Source of the DNA: an uncultured Bdellovibrionales bacterium
GTDB taxonomy: Bacteria; Patescibacteriota; Minisyncoccia; Moranbacterales; UBA1568
Length of the DNA: 64,000 nucleotides
Assembly: GCA_964451495.1 (NCBI GenBank)
Contig: CAYVHS010000005.1
Coordinates: forward strand, 8,926 to 72,925
Direction: 5' to 3'
Below, one piece after another: positions 58,986-64,000 of the stretch. The notes beneath the pieces were generated by a model. That model searched no databases, was not told the origin of the DNA, and worked only from the letters and a program-made list of their open reading frames with translations. The stretch's first letter is position 1. Each line of letters starts with the position of its first letter. The translations under genes were made by a program, and so were the position numbers.

Positions 58986-60566
58986 CTACACTGTTACCAG
59001 TCCGAGCTTCCGCAGACGCGATCGGATAGCACCAGGATTACGTCCGAGCTTCTCACTCATCTCTTTCATCTGCTTACCTCGAGAGAATAATCGTTTGAGC
59101 TCCTTCTCTTCTTCCGGATTCCAGGCACGATAGGCATTGGTATGTTTTTCACGAATCTTTTCGAGGGAATAGGATTTTTCTTCCTCTCCTTTTTTCTGAG
59201 ATTCTTTTTTTGGCTTTTTCTCTTTTGTTTTTTTGTGCGAACCTATTTTGCCACCACAAACGATGATGAAATTATGTTCTAACTCATGGATTTTCTCTTT
59301 CGAATATGCACTGAAAGTCTCACGAGCTTCACGAGAGGCCTCGCGGAATATACAGTCCTGCTCGAGCACGGTCGGATGGACTTGGAACGCTCGCTCATTC
59401 AGGCCAATCAAATGGACCCCCGACAAACGCCTGACGCGAGAAAGAGCCACATACCCCTGGCCAAATTCGAATGTCTGCGAAAGATCCATGACAGCCGCGT
59501 CGAGACTGACTCCCTGGCTTTTATGGATCGTCATGGCCCACGCGAGACGGAGCGGCAGCTGGATGACTTTGGCCAGTGCTTCCTCGCCCTCGGCGATGAC
59601 CCATTCCATGGGTTCGACCAAGATACGACGGCCATCATGTGTCTCGACGAGCGGATAACGAGTTGTACTATCAAAACCAATCACCGTACCAAGTGTCCCA
59701 TTGGCAAATCCTTCATTCGGATTGTTCTTGGTGAACATCACTACGGCACCATCTTTGAGCTCGAGGCGCTCTGGCGAGAGACACCCGCGTTTGAGTGCAT
59801 CGGTCAGCCCGGCCGGCCCACGATCAGCCATGGTAAATCCGTACGTCTTGCCAGGCAGTTTCATGAGCTCGAGTGCGTTGATCTTGTCCACATCGACATT
59901 ATGAGAAAAAAGCCTCGTCGTGTTTTCGGGTAATTCCTCGGTAGCCAGCATCCGCATTTCGACGCGTTCTCGATGTATCGACAAACAGGCGTTACTGCGA
60001 ATAGCCGTCAGTACTTCGAGGAAAGCATCGTCCTCCTGACGATGCTGTTCTGTGAGATAGCATGTCCGGAACCCCATCATCTGCCAAGCGTCAGACTGGA
60101 AAGCGAATTGCATCTTCTCGCCGCCTTTCGCCACCGGCGGCAACTGGAAAAAATCCCCTACGACGATGACCTGAAGCCCGCCAAAGGGCAAATGGCCCTT
60201 GCGCACACGACGACACACGGCTTCGACCAAAGCAAAGACATTGCCATCGAGCATGGATATTTCATCGATGATGAGGACCTTGGCTTTCTTGATACGCTTA
60301 GCAGTACGGCCATTCCCGGCGATGTCTCGAATCAAATCTTTATCAACCACGCGTGCAATACCGATACCGCTCCACGAATGAATAGTCATGCCATGGATAT
60401 GCGTCGCAGCGATACCCGTCGAAGCCGTGACGGCGTAATCGATCTCATGCTCGCGCAAATATTCCGTATACCTGTTGATGGTATGCGTCTTGCCTGAACC
60501 CGCCTCACCAGTCAGAAAAACACTGGCGCCGGTCTTGAGTATCGTGAGCGCTTCTTCTTGGGTCAT
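58986..60566 (-). CDS. Pif1-family SF1B DNA helicase with a C-terminal basic linker and HTH-like tail
   Basis: FLTGEAGSGKTH, ASTGIAA, TIHSW, IIDEISM, VGDFFQLPPV, EQHRQ, TIHKSQG, YVALSR; C-terminal K/E-rich linker followed by GRNPGAIRSRLRKLGL. Confidence 0.8.
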   Translation of the reverse strand: MTQEEALTILKTGASVFLTGEAGSGKTHTINRYTEYLREHEIDYAVTASTGIAATHIHGMTIHSWSGIGIARVVDKDLIRDIAGNGRTAKRIKKAKVLIIDEISMLDGNVFALVEAVCRRVRKGHLPFGGLQVIVVGDFFQLPPVAKGGEKMQFAFQSDAWQMMGFRTCYLTEQHRQEDDAFLEVLTAIRSNACLSIHRERVEMRMLATEELPENTTRLFSHNVDVDKINALELMKLPGKTYGFTMADRGPAGLTDALKRGCLSPERLELKDGAVVMFTKNNPNEGFANGTLGTVIGFDSTTRYPLVETHDGRRILVEPMEWVIAEGEEALAKVIQLPLRLAWAMTIHKSQGVSLDAAVMDLSQTFEFGQGYVALSRVRRLSGVHLIGLNERAFQVHPTVLEQDCIFREASREARETFSAYSKEKIHELEHNFIIVCGGKIGSHKKTKEKKPKKESQKKGEEEKSYSLEKIREKHTNAYRAWNPEEEKELKRLFSRGKQMKEMSEKLGRNPGAIRSRLRKLGLVTV

Positions 60567-60687
60567 AAAAAATTATTCATCTTGTACTGTACTATCATAC
60601 GTGATAGACCAGGCTCTGGCAAAGCAAAGAAAAAGAGCGGGCGTGTACATGTACATATCCGCTCCTCGGCTGATTCCCAGCCATACT

Positions 60688-61044
60688 TCACTGACCAATG
60701 AAACGACGCGTACTCGTATACAGCCGTCCATTCAAACCCCCTTTGGCGCAACGCACGAAATGGAACACTTGGCGCCATTTGCCTCTCCCGAGTCGGTAGA
60801 TGATCTCGATAGCATCATCACCATGATAGGGGCGTCCCTCGTGATTGATAGAAAAATGCTCGACAGCCATATTGGTCGATGAGCATTCGGGAAGCATACC
60901 GTGATGATGCTCTAGAATGAGCGCGGCAACCTTTTTCTGCATCAGAGCTGAGAAACGCTCTTTCAAAAAACAGGTATTCTCAAATAATTGCCCCATCTCT
61001 TCGGGAGAAAAAACCACAGCGACACCACACATTTGGCCTTGCAT
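60688..61044 (-). CDS. Hypothetical protein with an His-rich EHHHG..P.CSSTN motif (possibly a degenerate JAB/MPN-like metal site)
   Basis: 118 aa; the motif resembles, but does not match, HxHx7Sx2D. Confidence 0.4.
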   Translation of the reverse strand: MQGQMCGVAVVFSPEEMGQLFENTCFLKERFSALMQKKVAALILEHHHGMLPECSSTNMAVEHFSINHEGRPYHGDDAIEIIYRLGRGKWRQVFHFVRCAKGGLNGRLYTSTRRFIGQ

Positions 61045-61169
61045 ATTATCCTCCTTTCACTTGGCTAGACTTCGATTGAAAAAGGTACAGCACATGCACC
61101 TCTAGCATAGTACAAATGGCACAAAATAGCATCTCTCTACAAAACAAGATTCAATAAAAGAAAAAGCAA

Positions 61170-63755
61170 TTATTGTTTCAAAATCTTTCTGAGATATTCA
61201 CCGGTATATGAACCCTTTTTCACGACCACTTGTTCGGGTGTGCCGCAAGCGACTACTTGTCCACCCGCTGCTCCACCCTCGGGGCCAATATCGATGATAT
61301 AGTCGGCACTCTTGATGAGGTCCATGTTGTGTTCGATGACGAGAACAGTATTGCCCTTGACCACGAGACGATCGAGAATCTCGATGAGCTTTCTCACGTC
61401 TTCATAATGCAGTCCGATAGTCGGTTCATCGAGGAGATAGATCGTACGTTCGACATGTTGACGATACAGTTCGGAAGAAATCTTCACACGTTGAGCTTCG
61501 CCACCAGAGAGTGTCGTAGCTGACTGTCCTACCTTCAAATAGCCGAGACCGACTTCATTGAGGGTTTTGAGACGATCGGCGATAGCGGGAATATCATAAA
61601 AAAACGCGTAGGCCTCTTCGACGGTCATTTCGAGTACTTCATAGATATTCTTATGCTTGTATCTCACTTCAAGCGTTTCCTTGGTGAAGCGCTTGCCGTC
61701 ACAAACATCGCACTGTACATACACGGTCGGCAAAAAATGCATTTCAACTGCGATGAAACCGTTGCCTTCACAGGTTTCACAGCGCCCCCCAGGACGATTG
61801 AAAGAAAAACGACCCGCCTTCCACCCGCGTACCCTGGCTTCTTCACTCGCCGCAAACAAATCACGGACATGCGTCCAGGCACCAGTGTACGTCGCTGGGT
61901 TGGAACGTGGCGTCCGACCAATCGGACTCTGATCGATAAGCACAGTACGAGAGAGATATTCCGTCCCGGTAAATGTCTGGCAATTGAAAACCTTGTTAGA
62001 TTTGTACCGGCGATCGAAACGGGCTTCGAGATTCTTATGAAGGATCTCATACATGAGAGTCGATTTGCCCGATCCAGAAACACCCGTAATCACACTGAAA
62101 CGACCGAGTGGAATATCGACATTCATGTTCTTGATATTGAACAGATTGCCACCGCGAATCTTGATGGTACCCTTATCCTTCTCCCGTCGCTTGGTTGGGA
62201 TAGCAATCTTTTCTTCACCGCGCAGGTATGCGAGCGTGAGTGATCCAGAAGTATTCTTTTTCGCCGTGAGGAGATCATGAAGATATCCTGAGACCACGAC
62301 CTCACCGCCATGGACACCAGCACCTGGACCGATATCGATAATGTAGTCCGAAGCAAATATCGTATCCTCGTCATGCTCGACAACGATGATAGTATTGCCC
62401 AAATCACGGAGAGATTTAAGCGTGCTAATAAGACGATCGTTATCACGCTGGTGAAGTCCGATGGTCGGTTCATCGAGGACGTAGAGTGCTCCGACCAATT
62501 TGGACCCGAGCTGTGAAGCGAGACGGATACGCTGTGCCTCGCCACCCGAGAGTGTGTTGGCCCGACGATCGAGCGAGAGATAATTGAGCCCAACATCGAG
62601 GAGGAACTGGACCCGTCCGCCAACTTCGCGTAATACCACCGCGGCGATTTGACGCTCACGCTCTGAAAGTTCGAGCGTATCGAAAAAATGTTTGACATCT
62701 GCGGTCATCATGGCCGTCACCTGGACGATATTTTTCCCGCCAATTTTCACATGCAGTGCTTCTTCGCGAAGGCGTGAGCCGTGACAGACTTCGCACGGCT
62801 CATCACCAAAGAAATGCTTGGTTCCGAGACCATTGCAGGCCTCACAGGCACCGTACGGCGAATTGAAAGAAAAAAGGCGTGGCTCTACTTCGGGATAAGA
62901 AAAACCATCATAGGGACAGGAAAATTTGGAAGAAAGAACAAAGTTTTCTTTCCCAATATGAATATTCACCAAACCATCGCTCTCTTCAATCGCCCGCTGT
63001 ACTGCCTCGGAAAGTCGCTCGTTTGATGTCTCGGGAAATTTCTCAAATTCAATAAGTGGCATTTCATCGACCACGAGGTCAATATCATGCTTCTTGTTTT
63101 TCGAAAGAAGAATCTGTTCACGGAGACTGAAACGATTCCCATCAAGAAAAATTTCACTGAAACCCTTGCTCAAAGAATTATAGAGCAACTGGTAGTACTC
63201 GCCCTTGCGACCACGTACGACGGGAGCCGTAATCGTGAGGACTTGCTTGCCTTTTTTCCCCAGAGCCAATGCCTGCTGTACCCGCTCTGATACGATCTCG
63301 AGCATCTCCTCGGGTGAAAGCTTTTGAATCTCACGATCACACACGAGACAGTGTGGCCGGCCGAGCCTCGCATACAAAACGCGCAAATAATCATAGATCT
63401 CAGTAATAGTCGCAACGGTCGAGCGCGGATTGCGACTCGCTGATTTCTGATCGATAGAGATAGCCGGTGAAAGTCCCAGAATCTCATCGACATCTGGTTT
63501 CTGCATGGTATTCAGAAACTGCCGCGCATAGGCGGAAAGTGATTCGACATAGCGACGCTGGCCCTCGGCAAAAATCGTATCGAACGCGAGAGACGATTTA
63601 CCAGACCCAGAAAGTCCCGTACACACAACCATCGCATTGCGAGGCATGTCGACCGAAATATTCTTCAAATTGTGTGTGCGGGCGCCACGGACCGAAATCC
63701 ATTCTGACGGCCCAGACGACGCATCAGCACTCTGATGCCCATGCTTCTTGGCCAT
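61170..63755 (-). CDS. uvrA2: UvrA paralog lacking the insertion domain (Zn-module-2 CxxC pairs only 14 aa apart); UvrB-binding-like domain retained
   Basis: 861 aa. Two ABC modules. [16 protein letters not shown]...[11 protein letters not shown] (UvrB-binding-domain-like). [23 protein letters not shown], against a ~125-aa spacing in the uvrA at 34009..36804. Confidence 0.85.
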   Translation of the reverse strand: MAKKHGHQSADASSGPSEWISVRGARTHNLKNISVDMPRNAMVVCTGLSGSGKSSLAFDTIFAEGQRRYVESLSAYARQFLNTMQKPDVDEILGLSPAISIDQKSASRNPRSTVATITEIYDYLRVLYARLGRPHCLVCDREIQKLSPEEMLEIVSERVQQALALGKKGKQVLTITAPVVRGRKGEYYQLLYNSLSKGFSEIFLDGNRFSLREQILLSKNKKHDIDLVVDEMPLIEFEKFPETSNERLSEAVQRAIEESDGLVNIHIGKENFVLSSKFSCPYDGFSYPEVEPRLFSFNSPYGACEACNGLGTKHFFGDEPCEVCHGSRLREEALHVKIGGKNIVQVTAMMTADVKHFFDTLELSERERQIAAVVLREVGGRVQFLLDVGLNYLSLDRRANTLSGGEAQRIRLASQLGSKLVGALYVLDEPTIGLHQRDNDRLISTLKSLRDLGNTIIVVEHDEDTIFASDYIIDIGPGAGVHGGEVVVSGYLHDLLTAKKNTSGSLTLAYLRGEEKIAIPTKRREKDKGTIKIRGGNLFNIKNMNVDIPLGRFSVITGVSGSGKSTLMYEILHKNLEARFDRRYKSNKVFNCQTFTGTEYLSRTVLIDQSPIGRTPRSNPATYTGAWTHVRDLFAASEEARVRGWKAGRFSFNRPGGRCETCEGNGFIAVEMHFLPTVYVQCDVCDGKRFTKETLEVRYKHKNIYEVLEMTVEEAYAFFYDIPAIADRLKTLNEVGLGYLKVGQSATTLSGGEAQRVKISSELYRQHVERTIYLLDEPTIGLHYEDVRKLIEILDRLVVKGNTVLVIEHNMDLIKSADYIIDIGPEGGAAGGQVVACGTPEQVVVKKGSYTGEYLRKILKQ

Positions 63756-64000
63756 AGTACGTATTCATTTACACGAAAACTCAGTATAGCTCTTTTTGGC
63801 GAGACTATCAAGGGACCAAAAGAAGACACCGAAGCGAGAGGAGCTAGAAGCAATCAAGAAGAATGCGGTACTCCTCTTCACGTTCCGGATGAACAACTAG
63901 TTCGATATGTTCCTCATTATCAAGCGCGGAAACAAAAGCAGGAAAATCAACCAGCCAATCCAAATTGACGAGAAAACGCGAAGTCGTCAGTTTCATGCTC

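Noticed and set aside
1-64000. CRISPR arrays, rRNA genes, IS transposases, toxin-antitoxin pairs
   Set aside because: No regularly spaced 25-40-nt repeats, no rRNA-like conserved blocks, and no transposase or integrase ORFs were found on either strand.

Overview
The window is densely coding. About 68 genes can be called, 64 of them on the minus strand. It uses the standard genetic code with no in-frame stops, and several genes start at GTG. The gene content (two UvrA paralogs, a compact UvrC, a TRAM-less methylthiotransferase, a type IV pilus cluster with giant pilins, a truncated dcw cluster) resembles a reduced genome such as a Patescibacteria/CPR-type lineage. This cannot be proven from sequence alone.

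Major blocks, from left to right:
1. A cell-envelope polysaccharide locus at 1-10321: a 1560-aa glycosyltransferase fused to a flippase-like module, next to the dTDP-rhamnose genes rfbD, rfbB and rfbC.
2. A truncated dcw cluster at 10939-16062 (mraZ-rsmH-ftsL-ftsI-murF), with a recognisable promoter and MraZ-box repeats.
3. Housekeeping genes: pepA, rarA, acyP, xth, a MiaB-like enzyme, capA and rlmN.
4. A type IV pilus cluster at 25571-32786: pilC, three pilin-like proteins (two of roughly 480-500 aa), and pilM/N/O.
5. A nucleotide-excision-repair region at 34009-38315: full-length uvrA and a compact uvrC-like gene.
6. Genes including phoH2, gdh, a receiver-only response regulator, queH, an alkD-like gene, cspA, an ABC exporter, pirin, a cupin, an exonuclease, a TfoX-N protein, a HIT protein and an SPFH protein (38990-54376).
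7. At the right end (58194-63755), a DNA-damage cluster: bcp, a short MGMT, a Pif1-family helicase, a small hypothetical protein, and a second UvrA that lacks the insertion domain.

No rRNA, tRNA or CRISPR array was found. No canonical defence system was recognised.

The most unusual features are:
- the all-in-one glycosyltransferase/flippase fusion;
- the UvrA/UvrA-delta-ID pair together with Pif1;
- two homologous 36-bp palindromic promoter-operator elements flanking a membrane-anchored PaaX-like regulator;
- a 193-bp miniature-transposon-like (MITE-like) inverted-repeat element between rarA and acyP;
- recurring TTACGTAA palindromes;
- a frameshifted peptidase E gene.
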